Below are positions 48,175-57,320 of a stretch of DNA of 64,000 nt, in pieces. The translations under genes were made by a program, and so were the position numbers. Origin of the DNA: Salinivirgaceae bacterium. GTDB taxonomy: Bacteria > Bacteroidota > Bacteroidia > Bacteroidales > SZUA-534. The first letter of the stretch is position 1; every line of letters starts with the position of its first letter. Under the pieces are notes generated by a model. That model had not been told where the DNA came from. It worked only from the letters and a program-made list of their open reading frames with translations, and did no database searches. The stretch is from the NCBI GenBank assembly GCA_050251815.1, contig JBFWMB010000015.1:924-64923 (forward strand), given 5' to 3'.

Positions 48175-48185
48175 AGAATTATTCT
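48175..48185. promoter_or_regulatory. Fur/PerR-box-like palindrome upstream of the Fur-family gene
   Basis: AGAAT-T-ATTCT is a perfect 5-1-5 palindrome. Extended to 7-1-7 it reads TAAGAATtATTCTCT, which matches the TGATAATnATTATCA consensus at 10 of 14 positions. It lies 22-32 nt upstream of the ATG at 48153. Confidence 0.4.
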
Positions 48186-48342
48186 CTTTTACTAACAAAC
48201 AGCCTTTAGTCGAAATTGTTTTAATAGTTTCACAAAAAATTAAAAAATCCTTTTCCAGAATCCTTTCACCCTTCACCACAAGTCAGTTAGGTGGTAGTTT
48301 TTCAATTTCAAAAAAAAGCCACCATTACTTTTGAAACCAAAG

Positions 48343-48380
48343 AAAATGGGTATTATTCCCAATTGAATAATACCCATTTT
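48343..48380 (-). terminator. Terminator hairpin downstream of the MCP gene (perfect 16-bp stem)
   Basis: AAAATGGGTATTATTC (48343-48358) pairs with GAATAATACCCATTTT (48365-48380) across a 6-nt loop. On the minus strand it is followed by a U-rich tract TTTTCTTTGGTTT. It lies about 70 nt after the MCP stop. Confidence 0.65.
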
Positions 48381-48448
48381 CGAAGTATTCTATAGTGTAA
48401 CACTAAATTAAAAAGGGTAGTTTCCGATTCTTAAAATTTAAACCTTTC

Positions 48449-50344
48449 TCATTGGATTGTAAAAAACGAGATGGTTTCTTTTAGTTGCTGCGCCTGAGCA
48501 GCCAATTCTTCGGCACTTGAAGCCAGTTCTTCGCTTGCCGCAGCATTTTGCTGGGTAACATTATTCAATTGCTGAATGGCATTGTTTACCTGATTTACCC
48601 CATTGGTTTGTTCCATGCTGGCTGCATTAATCTCCTGAACCAAACTGGTTGTTTTCTGAACATTGGGAACAGCATTTTGCATTTCAGACCCGGCTTTTTC
48701 TGCCAAAACAAGTCCATTTTGTGCTAATGCCACAATCTCTTCAGCAGCTAACTTACTATTTTCGGCGAGTTTACGAACTTCGGCAGCAACCACAGCAAAC
48801 CCCTTACCATATTCACCCGCCCGAGCTGCTTCAACAGCTGCATTTAACGCTAAAATATTGGTTTGAAAAGCAATGTCGTTAATAATTTTTATTTTCTCAG
48901 CAATTTGACGCTGTGCCTCAACCGATTTTTTTGATTCAGAGCTTACGCTTTCAATACTCGACAAAGCCAATGTTGAGTTTTTCTCTGTTTGCTGGGCATT
49001 ATCACTGTTTTGCTGAATATTACTGGCAATTTCTTCCATGGTGGCACTTACTTCCTCTACCGAAGAAGCCTGTTCAGATGCCCCCTCCGACAATTGAATA
49101 GAAGTACCACTCATCTGTTCACTGGCAGAAACTATACTTTCGGCTCCTGAAATTATACCAGATACAATTTGCCGGAGATTTAAAGTCATTTTGTTGAGCG
49201 CTTTTACCAACATACCTATCTCATCTTTTTGGTCTAATTCTATCACCTCCGACAAATCACCGTTCGAAATATAATCGGCAAGTTTAACAGCCCTTGACAA
49301 GGAGTTACTTATGTTTCTGCTTATGGATGAATTAATTAGTATAAAAACACCCAATCCGATAATCATAGCCAAAATTAGACCAATAGTTATTTGATTAACA
49401 ATTTGCATCAATTCACTCTCATAAATTGAAACCGAAACATAAGATTCAATTCGTTCAATATATTTGAAATACTGATACTTCAAGCGTCCTTCCCATTGGT
49501 AATAAGTTTTCCCTTTTGTTGAACCTGCTCCGAGTAATTGTTGGAAAAACTCATCGTTTTTATGGTTTTCTCCTTCCGATGTAGGGTGAATGACAAAATT
49601 ACCTTCCTTATCGACCAAAAAAGGATAACCTGAATCAAAATACTTTTTTGAATTAAAAATTTTTTTCAAACCCAACATATTTTTTTCCTTAACTCCTACG
49701 TATAGCATTCCAATAATTTCATCAGCAACAATTATTGGCCGGTATGAAGTTAGATACATGTCGTCAACAACGAAAGCTCTTCCCGTATAAGATTTACCTG
49801 ACATGATTGTTTTAGCAACTTCAGAGGATAAGGGAATGAACGTACCGGTAGCTCTGTTTCCATTATTATCCCGTACATTGGTGGCTATCCGTAAAAATCC
49901 CTGATTTGTTTTTTGGAATATGGTAGCGGTACTACCTGTTAACTCTTGTATTTTATCGACAATACCGATGGAATTTTGAATAAGGCTACCCCCTAAATAC
50001 CACGAATCAACCTCAGTGGCTACCACCTGATTCGTTTCCTGATTCACGGCTTTGTACGGTATCGGCAGGCTTTTATCAACTTCAATTAACCCCAATGAAT
50101 TAAGATAGGTAGTCGCCAGATTCATACTGATTTCAACCAACTTCTGATTATCTTCAATTTCCTGCTCAATTAAAATTGCCAAATCGTTCACCTGTTCATT
50201 CATGCGGATATCGGTGTCTTCAATTATTTTAGCTCTAACCGAGGTAATAATATAATACCCCAAACCAACCACAATGACTAACATTGACATGGATAAAACC
50301 AGGTTAAGCCTTAGTCCAATTTTTAAATTATTTAAGAACCTCAT
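48449..50344 (-). CDS. Methyl-accepting chemotaxis protein with a Cache-type periplasmic sensor
   Basis: 631 aa. The order is TM, Cache-like domain ([20 protein letters not shown]...[23 protein letters not shown]), TM, HAMP, then the MCP signalling hairpin ([43 protein letters not shown]). Confidence 0.85.
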   Translation of the reverse strand: MRFLNNLKIGLRLNLVLSMSMLVIVVGLGYYIITSVRAKIIEDTDIRMNEQVNDLAILIEQEIEDNQKLVEISMNLATTYLNSLGLIEVDKSLPIPYKAVNQETNQVVATEVDSWYLGGSLIQNSIGIVDKIQELTGSTATIFQKTNQGFLRIATNVRDNNGNRATGTFIPLSSEVAKTIMSGKSYTGRAFVVDDMYLTSYRPIIVADEIIGMLYVGVKEKNMLGLKKIFNSKKYFDSGYPFLVDKEGNFVIHPTSEGENHKNDEFFQQLLGAGSTKGKTYYQWEGRLKYQYFKYIERIESYVSVSIYESELMQIVNQITIGLILAMIIGLGVFILINSSISRNISNSLSRAVKLADYISNGDLSEVIELDQKDEIGMLVKALNKMTLNLRQIVSGIISGAESIVSASEQMSGTSIQLSEGASEQASSVEEVSATMEEIASNIQQNSDNAQQTEKNSTLALSSIESVSSESKKSVEAQRQIAEKIKIINDIAFQTNILALNAAVEAARAGEYGKGFAVVAAEVRKLAENSKLAAEEIVALAQNGLVLAEKAGSEMQNAVPNVQKTTSLVQEINAASMEQTNGVNQVNNAIQQLNNVTQQNAAASEELASSAEELAAQAQQLKETISFFTIQ

Positions 50345-50726
50345 AAACCAAAAAGTTATGTGAATACTACGAATTATTCTGTTTCGGTATTTAAACTAAA
50401 AAGATGTAAAACTAATTTTCATGGGGTATAATTGAAAAGAAACCAACTTTCTTACAATTCTTTTCTAAAAGACGAATAAAGTTTTACATTGTTCAAACAA
50501 ACCCTTCAAAATCGATAAAAATACAATACAGACTTTTCCAAGGCTGGATGTTCTTTTAGCCACTGTACGAATCAATCACATCAATTATTAGGAATGGTTC
50601 TCAACAGTTTCCTAATTACCAGCATGTAATTAATAAACGATAAAATACCAACCAAGGAAAAGGCTGATTAAAATTCTGCTAAAGAAAATTTGAATAAAAG
50701 ATTATTTTGTAGGAATAGAATTTGAT

Positions 50727-51572
50727 TTACCCGGCGGCCTGAAGTATTTTTTCAATATCGAACTTTTTCATTTGCATAAATGCTTCCACTACTTTTGGAG
50801 CTTTAAGTGGATTGTTCATCAATTGTTCCAATACCGTGGGAATTATCTGCCACGAGACTCCAAATTTATCTTTAAGCCAGCCGCATTGCTCAGCTTCAGG
50901 AACTGCTGACAATCGATTCCAGAAATAATCAATTTCATCCTGTGTATCACATTCAACTACAAACGAAAGCGCCTCATTAAAGCCAAAACCATGATCAAGA
51001 GAGCTGTCCATGGCCATGAAAACATGCTTACCCAAATTAAATTGTGCGTGCTTAACCAGGCCTTCGGGTTCCGGTTCTTCTTTCTCAAAACGTAGTATTC
51101 CCCTTATTTTGGAATTCTTAAATACCGAAGTATAGCATTCAATAGATTCAGCAGCTTTTCCGCATTGGGCCCCGGTAAATAATAACGAAGGGGTAAATTT
51201 CTGCCCCACCTCTTCAATCTTTCCTAAAGCTAACTGCCACGATTGTCCGTATTGGTCCTGAACCCATCCGTATTTTTTGCTCCAGGCGTAAGAGCCAAGC
51301 GGCATTAAAATTTTGCCACCATGCAAAAACTGATTCCAGGCCGTATCGAGTTCTTTCTCGTTATCGCAAACCACATAAATTGATATGGATGGATTCAGCT
51401 GAAACTGTGAGCCACCGTTCAGACACATAAACTTTTGTTCGCCTGATTTAAAATTTACCACCAGGTGATTTTCTGAAATAATTTTTGAATTATTGAAAAC
51501 CGCACAATAGAATTCAGCTGCTTCACGGGCTTTTCCATCAAACCAAAGACAAGGATAAATTTGGGTATTCAT
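50727..51572 (-). CDS. Two-domain VOC-superfamily protein (PhnB / 3-demethylubiquinone methyltransferase-like fold)
   Basis: 281 aa. The N-terminal signature is IYPCLWFDGKAREAAEFY, and a second repeat (TPSLLFTG...ESIECY) indicates a tandem domain. Confidence 0.7.
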   Translation of the reverse strand: MNTQIYPCLWFDGKAREAAEFYCAVFNNSKIISENHLVVNFKSGEQKFMCLNGGSQFQLNPSISIYVVCDNEKELDTAWNQFLHGGKILMPLGSYAWSKKYGWVQDQYGQSWQLALGKIEEVGQKFTPSLLFTGAQCGKAAESIECYTSVFKNSKIRGILRFEKEEPEPEGLVKHAQFNLGKHVFMAMDSSLDHGFGFNEALSFVVECDTQDEIDYFWNRLSAVPEAEQCGWLKDKFGVSWQIIPTVLEQLMNNPLKAPKVVEAFMQMKKFDIEKILQAAG

Positions 51573-51589
51573 AATAATAGTTTTTTTGG

Positions 51590-52135
51590 TTAATTCTTAA
51601 CTGAATCCCGACTTAATTCCACCAGTTTTTTCATGGTATTCAGGTTTCGGGTGGTGGCAGTAATTTCGAGTTTGCGTTCCAAAAAAAGATTAGAAAGTTT
51701 TGACCGTGCTGCATTTTCAGGCAGGTAAAGATAAGCTTCATCTGTTCCAATAAACATTTTTTCCTTTCCAAAATCCAGTGTGCACAATTCGTCCACCTTA
51801 ATTGGATTTGGCCTGTTTTTAAACAACACATAAAACACCCGCGAAGGATCAAAGCCATCATTGAAAGGATTAGCTTCTAAAACTTTTTGTAATTGATTTC
51901 CTGTGCGAACTACTACCGAAATATGCGCACCCATATGTTGCTTAATCAACTCATGTACTTTCATTTCAATTTCTTTTGCCGAGAGTTTGGTATCGACCAG
52001 GGCATTTCCGCTTTGAATGTAAGTTCGTACATTTTCAAATCCGGCTTCTGAAAGTATGGTTCTGAGCTGCGCCATGGGAACCTTGTTTTTTCCTGTGGGC
52101 ATTACCCCGCGTAAGAGTACAATATAAGTTTTCAT
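51590..52135 (-). CDS. DUF1697-family protein
   Basis: 181 aa. The sequence MKTYIVLLRGVMPTGKNKVPMAQLRTILSEAGFENVRTYIQSGNAL is the typical DUF1697 N-terminus. Confidence 0.7.
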   Translation of the reverse strand: MKTYIVLLRGVMPTGKNKVPMAQLRTILSEAGFENVRTYIQSGNALVDTKLSAKEIEMKVHELIKQHMGAHISVVVRTGNQLQKVLEANPFNDGFDPSRVFYVLFKNRPNPIKVDELCTLDFGKEKMFIGTDEAYLYLPENAARSKLSNLFLERKLEITATTRNLNTMKKLVELSRDSVKN

Positions 52136-52184
52136 TAGCTTGCCTAGTTAGTTTTTTTCTAGTTTAAAAAAGCCTGATACTTTT

Positions 52185-52628
52185 CTAATCTTTAGGTTCG
52201 GAACAAACAAACATCCAATGAATGCCAAATTTATCCTCACAACTTCCGTAATAATCGCCCCAAAACATATCCTGCAATTCCTGCTCAACCAAGCCGCCTT
52301 CAGACAATTCTGAAAACAGGCGTTTGGTTTCTTCGCGGGTATCCGGTTGCAGGTTAATGTACAAATTATTTCCTTTTGTTACCTTAAACCCCATCAACTC
52401 AGGGGCATCAGTACCCATAAGCACATGACCGCCCAGTATGGGTAACGAAACATGCATCACCAGGTTCAAATCTTTTTCAGCTAATGCGGGCTGTCCTTCT
52501 GCAGAAGGAATATCTTTAAACCGCATAAGGCCTTCGCCGGAAAATTCAGTTCCAAAAACTTTTTTATTAAAGTTAAACGCTTCTTCGGTTTTGTTTGTAA
52601 AGTTTAAATAAGTGCTTACAGTTGCCAT
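52185..52628 (-). CDS. VOC/glyoxalase-family protein (PhnB-like)
   Basis: 147 aa. The pattern YLNF...EEAFNFNKKVFG...MHVSLPILGGHVLMGTD...FWGDYYGSCEDKFGIHWMF is present. Confidence 0.7.
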   Translation of the reverse strand: MATVSTYLNFTNKTEEAFNFNKKVFGTEFSGEGLMRFKDIPSAEGQPALAEKDLNLVMHVSLPILGGHVLMGTDAPELMGFKVTKGNNLYINLQPDTREETKRLFSELSEGGLVEQELQDMFWGDYYGSCEDKFGIHWMFVCSEPKD

Positions 52629-52631
52629 AGC

Positions 52632-53528
52632 TTAATTGTTTAAGGTATTCGTTTCACAAAGTTCTTTTAATGTTTTTAATGCATTGGGCCACATACCTTC
52701 AAAATGCTTTTTAAACTCCTCGTTTATTTTGGTTAAGTAAACGGTTAGCAGGGTTTTTCCATTGGTTTCTTTAAACCAATAACTTTCGATAGCCCCAGCC
52801 CAAACATCCACCTCAGGACCGCTTAAGATTTCTTCTCCTTCGATATACAAACCCATGTGCTCAATAACAATCAACCGATTGGGAATGTTGGTATTAATGC
52901 GACTTACCATTCCTCCCTCTTTCCCATTTTTATCGGTACCAACAAAAAGTATTTTTGCTCCCTGCTCCCATGAACCCTTAAAACGCGAGGTTGAATTAAA
53001 AGCCGCTGTCCATGTAGTATAATGCTTTTGGTGCAGCATGGTTTGATAAACTTTAGCAGCCGGAGCATTAATAAGGATTTCGAACTGAAGGATGCTGTTT
53101 TGCTCCAATTCTTCAACATAGTTTTTAAAATGGTTTAAAATCGATTGCCATCCTTGTTGTTGCATTTCGGGTGGGTTTTCACCTTCAGCATCGAAATGCT
53201 CTGTAATCCGGGTTTGTCCGCTTTGTGGTTCAAAAATAACCTGAACTTTTCGTTGGTCAGGCATTACATAGGCAATTTTTTCAAAGGGAATAATCTCGGT
53301 ATAGATGCCTTCAAAATCGAAGCCCATATTGCCATCTTTAGATTCCATGCGGGAATAGATTTTTCCGCCAACTGTCAAATCAACGGTGGCTTTTGGCGTA
53401 TGCCAATCATCTGATGCTGCATTCCATTGAACGATATGATTGGGATCGTTCCAATAGTTCCACACTTTTTGTACCGGGGCATTTACTTCTGCGACAACGG
53501 TAATTACAGGTTTTTGTTTTTTTTCCAT
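52632..53528 (-). CDS. Tandem SRPBCC (AHSA1/START-like) domain protein
   Basis: I chose the ATG at 53528 (MEKKQKPVITVVAEVNAPVQKVWNYWNDPNHIVQWN). A second repeat begins near ILINAPAAKVYQTML. The track start at 53621 overlaps the upstream gene and is rejected. Confidence 0.7.
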   Translation of the reverse strand: MEKKQKPVITVVAEVNAPVQKVWNYWNDPNHIVQWNAASDDWHTPKATVDLTVGGKIYSRMESKDGNMGFDFEGIYTEIIPFEKIAYVMPDQRKVQVIFEPQSGQTRITEHFDAEGENPPEMQQQGWQSILNHFKNYVEELEQNSILQFEILINAPAAKVYQTMLHQKHYTTWTAAFNSTSRFKGSWEQGAKILFVGTDKNGKEGGMVSRINTNIPNRLIVIEHMGLYIEGEEILSGPEVDVWAGAIESYWFKETNGKTLLTVYLTKINEEFKKHFEGMWPNALKTLKELCETNTLNN

Positions 53529-53553
53529 GAGGGTAAATTTAAATCTGTTACTA

Positions 53554-53772
53554 TCAACTTTTCTTCCCTTTAAACAAGACATAAATTGCCATTGCGTGGC
53601 CGTGTCCCAGTTCAAAGTCATCTTTTAACCATTGCACAACTTGTCCTGCTTTTACATCTGCTTTTAACTTTCCGTGTTCAATAAAATTCTTTTGGGTAGC
53701 TAGATTGATAAAGTCATCCGGAGATTTTCCGGTCTTTTTTTGAATGTTTTCTAAATACGCTTGAAATGACAT
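53554..53772 (-). CDS. DUF4287-family small protein
   Basis: 72 aa. MSFQAYLENIQKKTGKSPDDFINLA...WLKDDFELGHGHAMAIY resembles DUF4287. Confidence 0.6.
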   Translation of the reverse strand: MSFQAYLENIQKKTGKSPDDFINLATQKNFIEHGKLKADVKAGQVVQWLKDDFELGHGHAMAIYVLFKGKKS

Positions 53773-53777
53773 GTTTG

Positions 53778-54212
53778 TTAAAATTTATTCATTAAAAATT
53801 TAATTAGATTTTCGTTTCGGTAAGCCAAACCAGCCCAGGCAAGTATGCCCATATAAACCGGGAAAAGCGTGTGACTGAAAACCGGACTGCCAACCCTAAA
53901 ATTTGTGGCAACCGCTCCACCCAAATATGCCGTTAGTAAAATCGCCCCAATTACTGAAGTTGGGGGAATTGCATATAACAAAGTGCTTACCAACAAAATC
54001 AAACCAATTATAAACACCGTGTTTGCAGGATAACCCAGTTCAATGGTTGTTTTTACCGATTCTTCAATTCCGATTAGTTTACCGATGCTATCGAACAAGA
54101 GAAAAATAATTACCAAGGTAGTTAAAACCCAACCCACTGTTTTTTTTGCTTTCATTTTCATCAATTTTAAGGTTGTTACATTAATAGTTCGTAAAAAAAT
54201 ATTGTTTTTCAA
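53778..54212 (-). CDS. DoxX-like membrane protein
   Basis: 144 aa with four hydrophobic helices and a short loop pattern typical of DoxX_2. An alternative start MKMKAKK lies at 54161. Confidence 0.6.
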   Translation of the reverse strand: MKNNIFLRTINVTTLKLMKMKAKKTVGWVLTTLVIIFLLFDSIGKLIGIEESVKTTIELGYPANTVFIIGLILLVSTLLYAIPPTSVIGAILLTAYLGGAVATNFRVGSPVFSHTLFPVYMGILAWAGLAYRNENLIKFLMNKF

Positions 54213-54364
54213 TTCATATTTAGCAAACTTAAGCTGGATTTTTTTACTTTAGTGTGTATATAAACGACAAATAAAAGGCAAAATGCGACATGCCTATTTG
54301 TATTTAGAAAACTGAAATATTTGACTGATAGCCCAAATAATCAGTCGTTTTAAAAAGTTGAGTT

Positions 54365-55339
54365 ATGAAGAAGATAGCCATCTTAGTTCCTGAACATTCG
54401 GTAATTCAGGCCATAGCCGATCCTCAATATTGTTTTAGTGCAGTGAACCATTATCGCATGCAAAAGGGATTGGAACCAGTATTTAAACTGAGTTTGGTTG
54501 GATTAAAACCACGTATTAAACTCAATCAGGGGAATTATTTGGTACAACCCGACGAGCTAACCCAACCGTTTGTTTCTTACGATTTAGTTATTATTCCCGC
54601 ACTTTTCGGTGATTTACAAGTTGCCCTGGATGCCAATAAAAAATTTATTCCCTGGCTTATTAAACAATATGCAAAAGGAGCCGAACTCGCCTCGCTTTGT
54701 TTGGGTGCTTTTTTATTAGCCTCAACAGGTCTGGTAAATGGCATGAAATGCTCAACCCACTGGAGTTTTGCCAATAAATTCCGCAACATGTTTCCCGAAG
54801 TAATTATGCAGGAAGGGCAAATTGTTACCGATGAACATGGGATTTACACCAGTGGCGGAGCCCATTCGTATTGGAATTTATTGCTTCACCTGGTTGAAAA
54901 ATATACCGACAGAGAAACCGCTATTTACATTTCAAAATACTTTGCCATAGACATTAACCGGAGCCTACAATCGGTTTTTGCTTTATTTACCGGGCAAAAA
55001 GACCATAACGACGAAGTAGTACAACAAGTACAACAATACATTGAACAGCATACTGAGAAACGCCTGACCGTAGAAATGCTTGCTAAAAGTCAAGCCATCG
55101 GACGACGCAGTTTGGAACGCCGTTTTAAAAAAGCTACCAACAATTCGGTGCTTGAATACATACAGCGGGTTAAAATTGAAACCGCCAAACGGCAGTTCGA
55201 ATCGAGCATTAAAAACATAAGCGAAGTAATGTTCGAAGTTGGATATACCGACAGCAAAGCCTTCCGGAGTACCTTTAAAAAAGTCACCGGATTAACACCG
55301 GCAGCTTACAGGAATCGCTATCGTAAAATCAGCGTATGA
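54365..55339 (+). CDS. GlxA-family transcriptional regulator (DJ-1/PfpI-like domain plus AraC HTH)
   Basis: 324 aa. The N-terminal class-I amidotransferase-like fold contains ELASLCLGAFLLASTGLVNG. The C-terminal AraC HTH is IGRRSLERRFKKATNNSVLEYIQRVKIETAK......I.EVMFEVGYTDSKAFRSTFKKVTGLTP..YR. Confidence 0.8.
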   Translation: MKKIAILVPEHSVIQAIADPQYCFSAVNHYRMQKGLEPVFKLSLVGLKPRIKLNQGNYLVQPDELTQPFVSYDLVIIPALFGDLQVALDANKKFIPWLIKQYAKGAELASLCLGAFLLASTGLVNGMKCSTHWSFANKFRNMFPEVIMQEGQIVTDEHGIYTSGGAHSYWNLLLHLVEKYTDRETAIYISKYFAIDINRSLQSVFALFTGQKDHNDEVVQQVQQYIEQHTEKRLTVEMLAKSQAIGRRSLERRFKKATNNSVLEYIQRVKIETAKRQFESSIKNISEVMFEVGYTDSKAFRSTFKKVTGLTPAAYRNRYRKISV

Positions 55340-55436
55340 CATGCTTGTTTTAAATATGTCGGCTTTTACCAGTTTAACAAAATTTATGGTACAATTTATG
55401 TTACAAATTTTACCGAATCATTAAAACACAAACCAC

Positions 55437-56714
55437 ATGAACAAAAACTACTCCTCCCTGTTGGCGGTATTCCTACTTATCAATCTTGCATTTGTGGCTT
55501 GCCTGCCCGACGAAGACCTTGTAAAACCAAGTGCCTGTTTTACTTTCTCTCCTGAAACAAGCATTAAAACAGGCCAATCAATTAGTTTCCAAAACTGTTC
55601 AAAAGATGGCAAAACCTACGCCTGGAATTTCGGCGACGGAGCCCATTCATCGGTAGCTAATCCAACACACACCTATAACCAACCCGGTGAATACGAAGTT
55701 GTATTAGAAGTTTATAACAATTCGTTAAAAGACATTACAAGTCAAACAATTACCGTAATCGATCCGGAACCTGTGGCTTGTTTTAGTATTTCTCAAAATC
55801 CGATTGATGTAAATCAATCAGTTATCTTTACAAATTGTTCGCAAAACGCCAATTCGTATCGCTGGGATTTTAATTCCGACGGCATCACTGATTCCGAAGA
55901 AGCTTCGCCCAGCATGCGCTTTGAAAGTGAAGGCATTTACAATGTAAAACTTACTGCTATTAATGGAAGTTTATCAAATTCCATTACCCAGCCCATACTG
56001 GTTGGAACCAGTTTATTCGATCCTACTGTTTACGATATGCCCATTCAGTGGAACGACTATTATTTTAATGAATTTGATACTAAAGGAGACTGGTCAGAAG
56101 AATCGAATTCAGAATATACCACAGTTATTGAAGACAACCACTACAAACTCACTAACTTTTTGACCGAAAACCTGTATTTGTTTTGGACCAATGTTGTGGG
56201 CATGCCCCAGACAACTACAAATTACGATATGGAAGCCCTCGTATTAATTGAATACGATGTGTCTACTGAAGGCGATGGCATTTTCTGGGCACTTGACCCC
56301 AACACTTTTGATTATTTTTATTACCGTTTCAGTCAATATGAAGGTACAGATTACTATATTGTTGGTAATACTGAAAACGATAGTTGGGGAACAAACGGTT
56401 GGAGTTCAACCAATCTGGTAAATTTTGAAACATACAACAAGCTCACCGTACGAAAATTCTTTGGCCAATATTATGTTTTTATGAATGAACAATATTTGGG
56501 AAGCTATGATTATACCGGTGATTTTGGCGAAAAATTTGGATTTATTGTGGGTGCCGATTCAAAAATGTGGGTCGATTGGGTTGGTATCTGGGAAATGGAT
56601 TTCAGCGCTACCAAAGCTGCAAAACCCAAATCGCACTTTAGCAACAGCAAACAGGTAAGCCCTTTTGGAAACCATGTTTTAAAAATAACATCACCTGCCA
56701 AAAGAATAAAATAG
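55437..56714 (+). CDS. Lipoprotein with two PKD domains and a C-terminal domain of unknown function
   Basis: 425 aa with a lipoprotein signal (LAFVACLP). Two PKD repeats are visible (F.NCS..G.TYAWNFGDG...P.HTYNQPGEYEV and YRWDFNSDG). Confidence 0.7.
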   Translation: MNKNYSSLLAVFLLINLAFVACLPDEDLVKPSACFTFSPETSIKTGQSISFQNCSKDGKTYAWNFGDGAHSSVANPTHTYNQPGEYEVVLEVYNNSLKDITSQTITVIDPEPVACFSISQNPIDVNQSVIFTNCSQNANSYRWDFNSDGITDSEEASPSMRFESEGIYNVKLTAINGSLSNSITQPILVGTSLFDPTVYDMPIQWNDYYFNEFDTKGDWSEESNSEYTTVIEDNHYKLTNFLTENLYLFWTNVVGMPQTTTNYDMEALVLIEYDVSTEGDGIFWALDPNTFDYFYYRFSQYEGTDYYIVGNTENDSWGTNGWSSTNLVNFETYNKLTVRKFFGQYYVFMNEQYLGSYDYTGDFGEKFGFIVGADSKMWVDWVGIWEMDFSATKAAKPKSHFSNSKQVSPFGNHVLKITSPAKRIK

Positions 56715-56741
56715 AAAAAAGAGGCTACGGCCTCTTTTTTT
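56715..56741. terminator. Bidirectional terminator between the PKD gene and the 5-FCL gene
   Basis: AAAAAAGAGGC-TACG-GCCTCTTTTTTTT forms a GC-rich 5-bp core extended by A:T pairs, with runs on both sides. Confidence 0.7.
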
Positions 56742-57292
56742 TATGCTTTAATAACCCGGCTCATGGCTTTATCATGAGCTTCAACCGGAACTTCTGCTAC
56801 AAATTGAAAGTCGAAACAAACCCCAAGGGTTGTAGTTACTGTAGTTGCCAGTAATTTATCATAAAACCCCCGACCCCGACCCATTCTATAGTTGTTTTTA
56901 TCAAATGCTACGCCTGGCACCACAATTAAGTCAATAGATGAAATATCCTCAAAGTCGGGACCAACAGGTTCCGGAATTTGCATCAGTTCACCATTTTTAA
57001 GACCGTCCATTCCGGTAAAAACCTTTAGGCGTAAAATATCACCATCAACGGCAGGCAACAAAATAGTTTTCTGCTTCCACCAACGCATAATAAAATCGTG
57101 GGTATGTACTTCATCGCTCATCGACCAGTACACAAGAACAGTGTTGGCATTTTGAAAAAGTTCAAGTGCCTCAACCTGCTTAAAAATATTAGCTGATTTT
57201 ACAAGCCGTTGCGACTCGGTCAAAGTCTTCTTTAGTTCTTTAATCTGTTTTCGTAAAGCTTTTTTTTGCTCAGCAAGCTTCGAACCTTCCAT
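56741..57292 (-). CDS. 5-formyltetrahydrofolate cyclo-ligase
   Basis: 183 aa. The pattern LRKQI...VLVYWSM.DEV.T..FI....K.ILLP.V.G..L......G...L......I.EP......IDLIVVPGVAFD..N.R.GRGRGFYDK.L is present. Confidence 0.8.
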   Translation of the reverse strand: MEGSKLAEQKKALRKQIKELKKTLTESQRLVKSANIFKQVEALELFQNANTVLVYWSMSDEVHTHDFIMRWWKQKTILLPAVDGDILRLKVFTGMDGLKNGELMQIPEPVGPDFEDISSIDLIVVPGVAFDKNNYRMGRGRGFYDKLLATTVTTTLGVCFDFQFVAEVPVEAHDKAMSRVIKA

Positions 57293-57320
57293 AACTTCTT
57301 ATTCTGGTTGCTTTATTTTT

